Shown here in pieces: positions 1 to 12,600 of a stretch of DNA of 64,000 bases. The position numbers were made by a program, and so were the translations under genes. A model generated the notes under the pieces. That model saw only the letters and a list, made by a program, of their open reading frames with translations. It had not been told where the DNA came from and made no database searches. Position 1 is the first letter of the stretch; each line of letters opens with the position of its first letter. Origin of the DNA: Klebsormidium nitens (taxonomy: Eukaryota; Plantae; Klebsormidiophyceae); assembly GCA_000708835.1 (NCBI GenBank), contig DF237111.1:62001-126000 (forward strand), written 5' to 3'.

Positions 1-185
1 GTACGCTTGTTCTGATTGGTCGCTAGTCGAATGAACGGAGGTTAGTAGCACCTTAGATTCGCCGAAGGCCTTCCATCTTGGAGCTCACAACAAAGAAAGG
101 CAAAGGTAAAGCTGCGCTTTTGACAAGCTCTATCCTAAGCGAGGCTGACAAGATGACTCGCAGAGTGCTGAAGTGTGAATTTCAC

Positions 186-1459
186 CTTAATGTTTGCAAA
201 GATCGTGCTGACGTGCACAAAACGAGGCACGCCAGCTGCCTTTGCCGTGTCGACCATACTTCTGGTGCCCTCAATTGGGAAGTCTGCCCACTTCCCCCAA
301 CTTTGGACCTTGGCTGCCAGATGAATGACAGCATCGCACCCCCGCATTCCTGCAGCAAAAAGGGGCTACTTACTTAGTGTCCATCCACAACACCACATAG
401 AAAAGAAACTGCGTTCTTCCTTGCCCTTTACTGATGGGAAAACATCAAAGTCGACAGCCTGATTCAACTGTCCTTGAAAGCTCAAAGTGGCAAGTGATTC
501 CACACAGAGAAAGAGCTTTTATACAGAAGTACATGCACCTTCGTGGATGTAACAGAGAAATCTGCTCATGTTTGCGCTTTAGCTGCAGTACAGAGGAGGT
601 ACTTGCTTTCTCTGATGGCCCCTAGACTGATTACATGCATGTTCGCATGCAACGTGAGCTTCCTTTTGCAGCTAGCTTGACAACTACCTTAACCGTCACC
701 TGACCCAGCCAGGCTGAGACAGGGATTTAGCTTCTATTCCCCAGACTGCATAGCTATTCAATTAGTATCTCAATCAGCGGTGAGACTGCATCCCAATTGA
801 AAGCTCTACGGGCAACTGGGCCTAGAAGCAGACCTGCAAACTGAGACACATGTCTACTGCTGATTTGCAACTGCTTTAGACCAATGAAAGTGAAGCCGTT
901 CCCGTTGCAGAGTGACATGCTGCAGGTGGCTGGGTTGTGCAAGAAAAAACTGCCTGATTCATCAATTATGCAATGCTAGTGTGAGAACATCTCTGATTGG
1001 CAAGCGTCATCTGGTTGTGTCCCAGGCTATAATTGATGGCCCTTCATGCTGAGCCGCGCAACTCAGAAGAAGCAATAACAACCATAAATAGGACTCGGAA
1101 ATCCCAGAATATTCAGATGCGGTAGCATCTGAGCAGCACAAAAGCAATCAGCCCCTGTCATACTGACACTGCCAACAGCTTGGCAGCTCCTTCGGCCACT
1201 CACCTTGCAGGATGGCTGCTCTGCTTTTCAGATCACCCCTCACAATCTCAAGTCTGCCCACAATGCCACTGGACTGAGGAGGATTTGCCTTAGTGATCGA
1301 CGGTCTATCTTTTCCAGGTCCCGCTGCTGCCGCCTGCTGGAGCTTCTCGTCAGAAGTGGCGCTTCTAGACAGAGCTACCACAGAGATGCCACTTTGGATT
1401 AAGGAGTGGACCAAGTGACGGCCAACGAAGCCGGAAGCTCCAGTCACAAAGAACTTCAT
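186..1459 (-). CDS. Extended short-chain dehydrogenase/reductase (NAD-dependent epimerase / 3-beta-HSD / OleD-like), 5' part
   Basis: Exon 1459-1204 MKFFVTGASGFVGRHLV (TGxxGxxG Rossmann motif) ends at CAAG|GTGAGT. Exon from 349 (TGCAG|GA) continues in frame: GMRGCDAVIHLAAKVQSWGKWADF..EGTRSMVDTAKAAGVPRFVHVST. The donor near 186 is uncertain; the gene probably continues off the window or is degenerate. Confidence 0.85.
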
Positions 1460-3640
1460 TCTGCTGTTCTGCTTCAATGTGATGTGTCGCAGATCTGGCC
1501 CGGAGTCCCCTGGCGCTTGTGGCTTCTCTGCTGTCGCAACAGTGTAAACCTCAAAAGCCTGCTTCAAAATGCTTCGAAGACTGACCGATGCAGGCTCCAG
1601 GAAAAGGGACAATTTGTGGGGGCAGTACCAATCCACCAGTCACAGATTTTGTCGCGTTTGATTTTGAAATGCAAATGACGGAAACCTGGTCTGGAACGAG
1701 ACTCCCGGTTGTTTCCAGATGCCGATGCCAAGCTAGGTGCTGCTCATGAGCTCAAGCTCAACCACCAGTGAAGCTCAATCATGGTAAAGAAGTCTCTGCA
1801 CATGGGGACGCCGGCGGACTACTGTTATAGGGATGTTGAAAGCCCACTTTCAACGCTAGCCCAGCTGCTGATGAGGGCACCGCAACAACGTGAGGAAACT
1901 AGATGCCAGGCACTCTTTTGCAGCTCGAGGTGAGTTCTTGCTGGATCAGGCTTCAGTACCCCTTTCGGAGGTTTGATGGTTTTGAGTCCGAATGAACATG
2001 ATGTCTAGCTGCTGAACTAGGTAATAACTCCTCTGACGTATTAGTACAGTACTTGAAGTTGGCAAGAGAGGTCTGTCAGTAGCTGCTACTAGCTAAGTAA
2101 GTACTACACAAGCGGGCTGCTTGTGTAACAAAAGCCTTTTCTCTCTTATTGCTTTGCCAATAACGTCGGCAAAGTACTGATGTCAATGGGACTGATGCGA
2201 GCTGGGGGAATCAAAAGGAGACGCTGACGTTCTGTGACGTCTACTTGACGTCCTTCTCCAGCGTCATGCTCTTCGAACCTTGTGAGGCAGCCGCTGCTTG
2301 GAATTATTTCAGGCAGCTGGCCGCCAGCTGGCAGACATTTGGACCGAGTTAATGCAATCACCGGCAATTGATTCTGCTGTCGACACAGTACTTATTATCA
2401 GGCGGCCGCGGCATCCGGCGAAATTTGCAACAGACTACACACACGTACGCACGCACCAAAATACGTCATGCTTCGTAACCAACAGCCTACGGAGGGACTA
2501 GATCCAGGGCGTATGTACAACATATCTTATCATGTGTGCTGTGCAACGCGCACGAATGCATCGCGCAATCCATTGTCTCAAATTTCAATCAATCGTTGAT
2601 CGCGGGTTTCTTGAAGCGCACTGGCTTTGCTGCAGTTCCCGACTGGCCCGTACCTATCCACCAGCGCAACGGCACTGAAAATAGCTGCGTGTATTTTCGC
2701 CTCACTAATTTCAAACTTCCTGCACTGAAATTACCGGTATAGGTAGCCATCCTCCTACAAATAGCATTGTAGTGCTCATCAGAACAGCTCGGGGCAGTCC
2801 AAATTGCAGTGGTAGGGAGGACAGTACAGTTGAAATGAATAGGATAGAGCTAGCTCACTCTCATATTAGTTTGTCGATTTACCGAACACTAACCCAGGAG
2901 TCAACTGCTGTGCAACCGTACTACCCAGCTAAATTCCCAAACCAAATAAACCCTACTACTATACCTGTTTGTTCCTATTATTACAACCCACTGTTCACTA
3001 GTACTAAACATAGATTGTCCCAACTACTGGTAGCTCTATTTAGGGGTGCATCATGCAGACTGCACTATTTAGTACCAGTGCACTGATCCGTTATATCGAC
3101 AGCTAGCACTCAGATACTAGCAGGCCGTACTTCTACCGTTTAGCTAGGAACGTACAGTCGGTGATGCGTTCACTGTCAAACGGTTTGGGTACGCTTCCTG
3201 TACGTCTAGGGCGGTGAGGGCCTTCACAGAAGCATCGAAGTTGCACGCAGCACTACTTAGGCATCAAAACCTGAATAGTGAAACCTGGGCAGAAGTTGTG
3301 CTTCCACAAGAAATGGGGGTGAGCTGCAATGTGGACAATGGCGAAAGGGTGAAGAGTATCTCGTACATGGTTTGAACGAGACTTGCCTTGTCTGTCGAGC
3401 GGATCTGCAGCAAACAGACGGAAGCGTTGACGCTCAACTTGAAAGGCATAGCAGCACCGGGGAAAAGCTACTTTGAAAACGAAGCTCAGTGATCTACCGT
3501 GAGTCCGGTCCTATAAAGCAGATAGGGGCCTTGAGCAATCGCTCATCGGATCGTGCACTGCTAATAGCAGCAGTGCAGTGCTTCTGGAGAGAAGAGCCTT
3601 CAGGACTTGTTGGGATACATCCCCAGGCACGCCTCCGAGT

Positions 3641-6600
3641 ATGGTGAGTATTTCCTCCCTCCTTTTGTACAGTCGAACCGCGATTGACGCTCCCCTAGGA
3701 TATCATGGGGGCCAAAAGCAGTTGGTAAAGAGTCCAGGAATGCTCCTCTTCCAAGCTACGTTTGCGTTTGGAAGCGGCCAAGGTTTAGGAGCCACAGTTT
3801 CTGTCAAGGTTTACTGCAGATCCCTTGCCTCGTTGCTTCTCCCTCAACATGACCACAACCGACCCTTAAGGAGCAAGCAGTGCACTTGGGAAGGCTGGCT
3901 TCTTGCTGGAAACCCTCTTTCCAGAACCTGCCAGTTCACTGCAAATTCGCACTGCCCACCAGGTTTACATTTCTTCAAAGCTTGCGCTCTCTGCATACTG
4001 ATTTGAGCGCCCAGGGTGACACCTGTCTTGGCAACACTTGCTATGCAGGCTGGGAATACAACCTTTGAGGGGATTCCCGCTATTTTGATGGGGTTTTTCA
4101 CCAGCACTGCGCAAAGCGTCCCAGTGATCGAGCTCGGCTTCTACGTCCTGTCAGCAAACATCTTGCTGCTGAGCTGGACAACTAGAGCGGCGACTTCGGA
4201 CCCATCTGCAGTAAGCCCAATGACTAGAATGCGAAACAGTCTGAGTTCCAAGAAGAAGTGAATCACGTTCACCTCCACGTCTGAGTCCAGCAGGGGTACT
4301 TTGTGTTGCACTTCAGGGGCGAGGAAAAGGTTGCTTTCAGGTCATACTTATGTTCTTCCGCTCTGTCTTTCGAGCTTAGGTGCGACAATCTAGATCGTTT
4401 TCAGCTTGTAGTAGACTTTTCAAGCCCTGTTTGATCTGAACAATTTAGGGTTCTTGATTCCGACATTGAACCGGTCGCATATTGTTTTGCTGCCTTTGCT
4501 GACTCCTCCCTCTGCTTCTTGGTCTAAATCTCTTGGTTAACGAACACCACATCTATGCTATCAGGCTGTACTTTCATAAGCTCACAACATACCACAAAAG
4601 AATAGGTCATAACCCATAACAAAACAAAGCGTTGTTTCAGAGTTTCTGCAATCAAGGGCCACGAAATTTGACGTTCTTTTCTCCATATTTTTAGGCAGCC
4701 CACCGGCTCGGCGTTTCGATTGGCCGGCTTGCCCCCGACTTCAACGTGGGCTTTCTCCTAGTCTTTGCTGCGCTTTACTTCGGAGCGTCCCTATCTAGTT
4801 GGGGCCTCGCCTGGACTCTTCTGTGCCTGGCGCTGGTGACGTGTCCCAAGCCCATTGAGTGGGATTTTATAGCCGCGATCCTCAAGTCGACCTTCTTTGG
4901 CACGACCGTAAAGGCGGAAACATTCATGACCGACTTGTTGCGGATTGCGCGGGAGCTGGGTGTCAGACAGGGGCTGCCGCAAGGTAAGCAAAATCGATCA
5001 TCGTGCCATTCGATACACAATGGCTCAAGAATAATGGCATAAAGACAGGAGATGGATCAAAAGACGTCCATGAATGAGTCTCTGCAAATTGCAAGCGAGC
5101 CGGGTGTCAGACACGGCTGCCGCAAGGTAAGCAGAATCTGCTGAGACCTTGATTGGGAAGCAGCGTAAGAGCGGAGTTTGTCTGATGCAAGCTCCCCATC
5201 TGTCGTCGAGATCTCTCCGATATTAGCCATCCCATCCGTTTTAGTACTATCCTATAAAGCTGTAGGAGCGGTCAAATATTTATATGTCCTAAATTGTTCC
5301 TCAAAGTTTTTATGTAGCCTCTGGCCTGAAGATATCAAACGTACGCTTTTGTAGCTTCCTACTAAGACAGCTTTATCTTGCGAACAGGCGGGCCGGTTTG
5401 CAGTCGAATTTACGTGCCACTAAGGGCGGGGCCCATTTTTGTGGAACAACCAGACTGGTCAACCGGTCCCATGACGTGCAAACGTCTTTTCTGGATCGTG
5501 AATACGACAACTTGCGGTCGCCAGAGAACTCAAGCGAAGATTGTGGATGCAGATGCTATGGTGGATGTCGTCAAGTTCGAGCTGCCCTTTATGGCTCCGG
5601 TCTTCCTCCTAATCGACGCCCGCCACGTGCACTTCACCCACGTGGCGCCGTCGTGTGAGCTCTTCGAGAGCCTGTGAGTCTCCGTGCTTGAAGAAGCTGG
5701 GCTGACATCACGTGACCTGGTCGAACCCTCCGCTTGAGGTCATCAGTCTCGTCAGAGACGTCAGAAGTTTTGCGGTGGCCTTTGTTCGCCCTTCGTTGAC
5801 TTCAACGGCCATTGAAAGATACGCCAAGATAGGACTGAAATTCAGCAAACACTTTGTACACTCTTTCGATGCCTGGGCTCACATCAATGACTGGCAATCC
5901 TCGGTCAATCTAGGCTTGGATTCAACTGGGTTACACCCCGTCTAATTCGAACCCGGAACCTTCCAAAATTTCTATGAGGTTTGAACGGCACGCAATTACT
6001 TCGAGCAGAGTCCAAAAAGTTCTCAAAAAGGAGTTCTAACATATATTATCTTTGACGATCTGATACTCCTTCGCTTCCCAGTTGACACCTTGTTCTTCCG
6101 TCGGTTCTGACTGGCCGCTAACGTGATGCAAGCGAACGGTTTCTCGCACTCGCTGACGTCATAGTCTGCTGCTTTCAGGGCGGGAGACTGGTTCCTGGGG
6201 CCGAACACGCTCACGGCGAAGAGCCCCCCATTGAAGAACCCCCAGTGGCTGCTCCACCGGGCGCTGACGTCACCCATCAACACCGACCGCAACGGAATCG
6301 ACTCCATGATGGGCAGTATGTTGGTTCGGGCGCTCACCGTATTTAGCGACCTGAGCCGCGAGCTGCGGAAGAAGCACGGGAGCGTGATAGACTTGTGCGA
6401 CGAGTTTGAGAACATCATGGTGAGAGAGATTGATTCGAATCAGTTTCTCAAAGTGATTGTAGAGAGCTGCAAAGAAGAATACGAAGTTCGGGCCACGCCT
6501 CCCCTGCTTCGCACCCATGTTAATCGCCCAAGCATCTCATTATTGCACTGTCTACGCCAGAATCTGCTTATGATGGCTCACGATTATTCTTCTCAACAAC

Positions 6601-9600
6601 TCCTCTGCGATGGTTCGGACTGATTTTGAGGATTCGTAGCACACGCGTACATTTTTGAGGGTAAAGTAAGGCTTCCTTGATGGTCTGATTGCTCAGCTTT
6701 GATGATCAAGTCCCAAACTCCGGTGCTTGCCTCCCTGTGAGAGCACTTCGCATGTAAACTGTCTGGTAGACGAAAGGCAGATCGGCAAAGCGAAGGCCTT
6801 CCAATAAAGAGGCCTGCGTTCTGATTCCTCGTCCCCAAGCGACGCAATGTGCATTTTTCATAATCGTCGCGATCGAATCCGCATCTTCTAAAGCGTAGTG
6901 AGGAAGGAGCACGGAATCTCCTCGAATATTGAAACTTCCTCCTGCTCGTTTGATCACAGCGACGCCCTATGATTCTCAGAGTATCCTTTCGCAGGTGGCG
7001 GCACATCAAAGCGCCATCTTCGGTCAGAAGTACATCGACCGTTACCCCCACATCGCTGCTGACATCAACTTCACGGCAGCAAAGTATTTCTGCCTGTCTA
7101 ACACCGTCAACATGAAAGCATGGATGCCGTGGGAGTTGCTCCCCTTCATTCGGGCGCGAAAGCGCGTCTACAGCTCGCTTTTGTGGGCAGTAGAACACAG
7201 CGAGTCGCCGCTGGTTGCCATCGTCAAGAAAGCCCACGAGGAGGTGAGGACACATATCTGAACGTGGGTTACCTGATAGTAGTTCCTTTAACACTCTACT
7301 TATAGGGATAGACACGTGTTTAGAAACGTGTTTAGAAAGTCCTTTCACCTATAAAGAGAGGTCCGCTTCCGTGCTTCCAATCGAGGCCTCTGAGAGGACG
7401 GGCTAAGAGTGTCGGTATTTTGATCTTTGAGGAGATTTTCCAGTGGATAATGTAGGCAGTGTGCAGACCTTCAGCGGAGCATCGGACTCAGAACTACGAT
7501 TCAGAGCGTTCACAGCACTCGATACCTGCACTGCCAGAAAGCTTCAATTGAGCCCACATTAGCAGTGGGCTTCTTGTGAACAATATAATTCAAACGTATT
7601 CGTTTGTTAGATAGTCACTCAAGGGGAATGGCGTCCTACTCCAGAATGCTCCTTGGAGCACTAAACGGTACTCGGGTTTTGCGCGAAGCAGATTCGAACG
7701 AATTTTGTGTCAAGCAATGCGCCCAGTAAGTTAGCGCGCAGCCTCTACTTCCAAAGCAAAGAGCTCTCTCCTCCTTTTCTGAAACGCGTCCTTACCTGGT
7801 TGGCAGGGCAAGATAAGCTGAGAAGAGATGATGGGCACGTTCCTGCTCTTCACATATGCCCTGGCGCCTTCCCGTACCGTCGTATACGCGCTCGCCCTCT
7901 TATCGAGTTTGCCAAACGAGCACGACCGTATTGCCAAGGAAGTTCGCACGAGGTTAATTCCCTTGCTTAATATAAAGACGGGCAAGGTCGATCCGCGCGA
8001 GTGGGCACGTGGATGAAGGACCTGGACGACATGGATAACCTCAAGCGATGCGTGAGGTAAGCGATGACGTCAAAAGAGCATGGGTCACTCGAATCGCGAC
8101 GAGAGCAGAGTTGCGGAGGCTTCTATAAGAAGCGCTTCAGGTCTTCAGGCGACGATGGAGTCATCTATGAGAACGCCTCGTTCTTTCTGAGTTATCCGAC
8201 AGCTTTTCAACGAGGTCAGGCGGAGTGGCAGGTCACGGTCTGATGTAGACCAGGCAATTCAGAATCTCTAATTTTATCCGATCGAAACACTATTTCGAAA
8301 CGGCTCCGTGTCTGGTGGGCTTCAGGCAAAGCTCATGATTCTGACTACATTGCTTTAGAGGAAAGAGTAGGTTCGGGCAGAAAGGCTCGTGTCTCACTCT
8401 GCTCCAATACTTCCGAGAAATCTCGAGCGAACGCATTGCACATCTTTTCCTGCTTCCCTGCGTCAGGGAGTAGATAGATTTAAGCGAACAAGCTGCGAAT
8501 ATCTTTCTGCGTCTCTGCTTCAGGGAGACGCTACGTTTGTACCCCGGGGTTCCGCTGCTCATCCCGCAAGTTGCGGCCCGCGATTTGCGGGTGGGCTCCT
8601 GGGACGTCAACAGGGGCGCCATCATTTTTACGTCACCCTTTCTGTCGCACCGGGATCGAAACGTCCACCCGGACCCCGACATGTGAGACCGCTTCCTTTG
8701 CACAGCAAAAATGATTAAAGTCCCAATGTTTTTGCTTTGAAAGAAGATGTAAAATTGGCAGAAAGGGTGTCGCCAAGACATGTTTCTTTCGAGAAAATCC
8801 AAATCTCTCTCTTCAGCCCTACGGACCGGTCTCCACTGTGTGTCTGACAGTTCCTATAGAAGCGAAGCATGTGAGCTAGCTCTCTGAGGTCAAATAAGCG
8901 AGTGTTCTGTAATGCTGGAAATGAGCGCTGATGGTTTTCAGAGGTGCTCGCCTTGAAAGCACTTTTTCAAAATGCGTTTATATTCATCAAGCCTCCATAA
9001 TCTCGCCGCGTCTTTCACCTGACAGTTCGTACAGCTTGCTCCGTGTTACATTCCACTTGCTCCGACACAGCTCAGAACTCACGCTGACCACAAGAAGAGC
9101 TTTGAATAAACCCAAGTTTCCGTCGTCAGGTACGATTCGAGCCGCAGTCTGGAGACTGGCGCTCCGCTCCCTGACGGCACCTCCACATTTTTCCCCTTCT
9201 CCGTCGGCCCCCGTTCCTGTGCGGGCCAGTTTTACTCGGAGCTTTTCGTCCAAGGCGCTGTGGCTATCGCTCTTCAGGATCACGAATTTGAGGCGAAAGG
9301 GCCGGTGCCACCACCGGCTATGGTTGCGTTCTGTCAGCCTATGGCGCCCGCCTATGCGAGGATCAGGGCGGCCCCGAGTGTCGGGAAGAAGCAGCAACCG
9401 CAGGTGCGGGAAACGTTCCGCGATTTGAGCCCTTGATGTTTGGAAAAGTTTTTGAGGCTCCCTTTGAAATGGGCGCGGTGTCTTCTTCTGGACTTCAGTT
9501 TCCGTTCACTCGGTCTTTTTTCTGACGGCAATCCAGCTGCCCGAATCGCTCGTCGAATCAGATGCTTAATAATGCGTTACTTTCTGAACCCTCATTCTGA

Positions 9601-12600
9601 TCTGATTCCTCTCTTCTTTAGCAAAGCAGCAGTGGGGTTGGCTCCCAGTAATGGATTTTACACCCACCTCTTCTTGAACATGGCTTCCTCGCTTAAGAGT
9701 TTTCAAACGCGTTAGTCCATCCCGGACCTTTTACAACTCCCCTTCGTCTTCTGTACAGGTGTCGACTCCAACCGTCAGCAGCAATTCGCCGGTTGCGGAT
9801 CTAGAGTGCAAAGTGGAGGCGCCGCATCTGGAGAATGTTGACGTCATCACGATCCTCTTCGCGTCCACTCATGGCACGTCGCGGGCGTTCGCGGACCGGC
9901 TCGCTAGAAGTCTCCAAGAATCGGACGTCGCTGCGCTCGAGCCCGCTCCTTTCATCCGGGTACGTACCAGAGTTTGAGACCCGTTTAACGAATCTAGTGG
10001 GGCTTTGAAATTCCAACAGATTCTGGCAGGTCTTTGATATGAATCCTGTGGAGACAATTCGTGCAAAGACGTTTCTCTTTATCAGATCCGATCTGATTGG
10101 TATCGTGATTTGGACTATCGCGAAAGTTCGCCACGAATGATCCGGATGTTTGTATGTTGCTTCCGGGCTAAGTTCGCTCTCCTCACATAGAAACAATGGA
10201 GATCAGATTGAGATTGAGACCTTACCTTCTGTACTTTTACCAAGCTTTAATCAAAAGTCTCGTTTATCGGCTCCGCATGAGAACGCATCGCAGGTGTTCA
10301 AGAACCCGCTGACCTGACGTCCGCAAATCTGTCCGCAGGTCTGCGACGCCGCGCGCTACCAGCCGCCGGAGCTCGCGCGCGAGTCGCTCGTCATCTTTTT
10401 GGTGTCAACTTTCGGTCACAACCAGCCGCCCTACTCCGGGGCGGCCCTCAAGGCGTTTGTAAACGACCCCGGCACAAAACTACCCGGATTAACTTACACC
10501 GTTTTTGCGCTCGGCAACTCGGTTTACCCAAGCTTCTGCAGCTTCGGCAAACTGTTCGATAAGCGCCTCGCGGAAGTGGGCGCCCGGAGGCTGATGCCGA
10601 TTACGCTATGCGACGAGGTGGGCTGTTTTGTACGACGTTTCTGATGATTCTTAAATAGCTCTAGGAGAGTGTAATCTTTGCAGAACGCGATGGAGAATCT
10701 TCAAAGCGATCTGAGGTTCACAAGTTGGGTTTTTCTAGTTTGGGATAGCTCTTATATAGCCCTTGGAGAGTCCGAGTGTAGAGTAAAAAGTGGACCAACC
10801 GCGATCGTTCCGAAGTACGTTCGTCGGTCACGTTCTCCCGTTCAGCGAGAATGGCGTCTCTGATTCTTTCCGTGCGTACATTTTGGCGCAGATCGAGGAT
10901 CAGGAGGGGGCCTTTGTTGCGTTTCTCGACCGAGTGACCGAAGTCCTCTACAGCTCCTTGGAAGGGATCCCTTCGAGTAAGTCAACCGACCTGACTGTGG
11001 CGCGTTATGCACGCGTATCTTTTCTGAGTGTTGATCCTGCAAGGAAAATAAGCAAGGACTCAATGATCAAATTCACAACCAGCTACGCCTGGCGACAGGA
11101 TCGAGCGCTTGCACGCCTTCATTACTTGACGAGTTTTCAGCTTTTGCTCGGATTGGTTGAGACCGTTCTGGAAGGCTAAGCTTCCTCACTGTCAATCCCA
11201 GGTCCCGCCAGTGTGCTGCCGTCGTCTTCCGGCGCACCACGGACCGCTCGCCCGAGCGGAAAGACGAGTGTAAATAAGCACAAGAGTGACGTCACACGTA
11301 CGGTGAAGTCTGAGCAGCCCCTCGGTCCCCGCTTCCGGTTGGTTGAGCTGGGGAGGGGGCGCGTCGGACGTCAGCGCGGAGACAGCGACGTCAGCGAGGG
11401 ATCCCCCAAGGGCACCCGCGACAACCCTCTGGAGTTCCAGGTAGGCCACGTGTCGAAGTTCTTGCGACGAAGCTCGATTGCACCAGGCAACGAAGTTAAG
11501 GCACGAAGCAACGGTGTCATTGCTTTTCGAGAGATTCTTGTCATCAAGGAGGCAGTGAAGCGCGCTGAATTGCAGAGCTTTTCGTTTGGCTTCCAAGGTG
11601 GGACGAAAAAGCAGACGATTCCTGAGACCTCGTACCGTTCAGGACATTGGAAGAAGTGATCATATCAAGTGGCAAGAGACTTGGTGATTCATGATGTTCG
11701 CACCGCGGTTTTCGCTCTTCTAATCCGATGGAAAGGCCGATTTTTGGTAGCCAGATGTACTGGCTCCTTTGATCCAACGTTCCCGAATTCGTCCCGACTG
11801 TCCGAATTTGTGTCAATACTAGAATGTTCCTAACTACTGGTTCCAAAAATTCAAGAAAACCTCGTGAGCAAATGGCACCTTTTTATGCTTCGGAGATTTT
11901 CTGTGCAGGTCCTGAGCAACAAGTGCCTTCGCCCCGACACTACCCTGGGACAGGTCCGCAACGTCGCGCTGCGGATGCCTTCGGACGGTTCGATCTCGTA
12001 CCAGCCAGGAGATATATTCGTGGTGTACCCAGGTATGCTCTTATCCCGCCTCTAGTTACTCCGCTTGCCGACGCATGATTTTACTTGCAATTGAACCGGT
12101 GGATTCGTATTCGACCGGTGGAACCGTTTTTTGAGCTCCAAGACTGCAACATGACAGATCTGCTTTTTACATCATATTGCTGTTGCAGGAAAGATTTGCA
12201 AGGGGAGTACTGATGAACCCTTGAACAAGTCAAGGAGCGTAAGAGAAGGCGTCCTTGACAGCCAACAATTGAGTAGCATCAATTCAGAACAGGCTAGGTT
12301 CCAGACCTCTCCAGAGCAACTCGGATACACTGGGGTCTTCAGGCTGACATGATCCGCTATACAAGGGCTGCATTCAGTGGATTGGGCGTAATTTCTGCAC
12401 ACACAAACCTCTTCAATGAAAAATTCTCCTCTCAAGTTCATCTTCGACAAATTACCCGCACAAATCCTCAAACCATGCATCTCTTCTGCAGTGAACCGGC
12501 TCGACTTAGTCGTCTCTTTGGCAACACGCCTAGGCATCCAGGATCTTGACCTCGAGTTTGAACTGCGGCCTTTGGCCCCGGAGAAGGTTCAACTGCAATC

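Noticed and set aside
2000-3130. TAGTAC/TACTAG-rich AT segment and short ORFs
   Set aside because: Compositionally distinct, but no defined termini or protein similarity.
7819-7821. TGA as selenocysteine or programmed readthrough
   Set aside because: The position is non-catalytic, no SECIS could be identified, and a frameshift co-occurs; a CpG transition is simpler.
7942-8018. Small introns (7942-8018 or 7987-8018) that would repair the frameshift
   Set aside because: They restore the frame but have weak donors, no pyrimidine tract, are shorter than any other intron here and would delete J-helix sequence.
4043-9403. Nitric oxide synthase call for the fusion gene
   Set aside because: No NOS oxygenase motif (WRNxxRCxGRIQW) is present; the N-terminal domain has unambiguous P450 ExxR and FxxGxRxCxG motifs.
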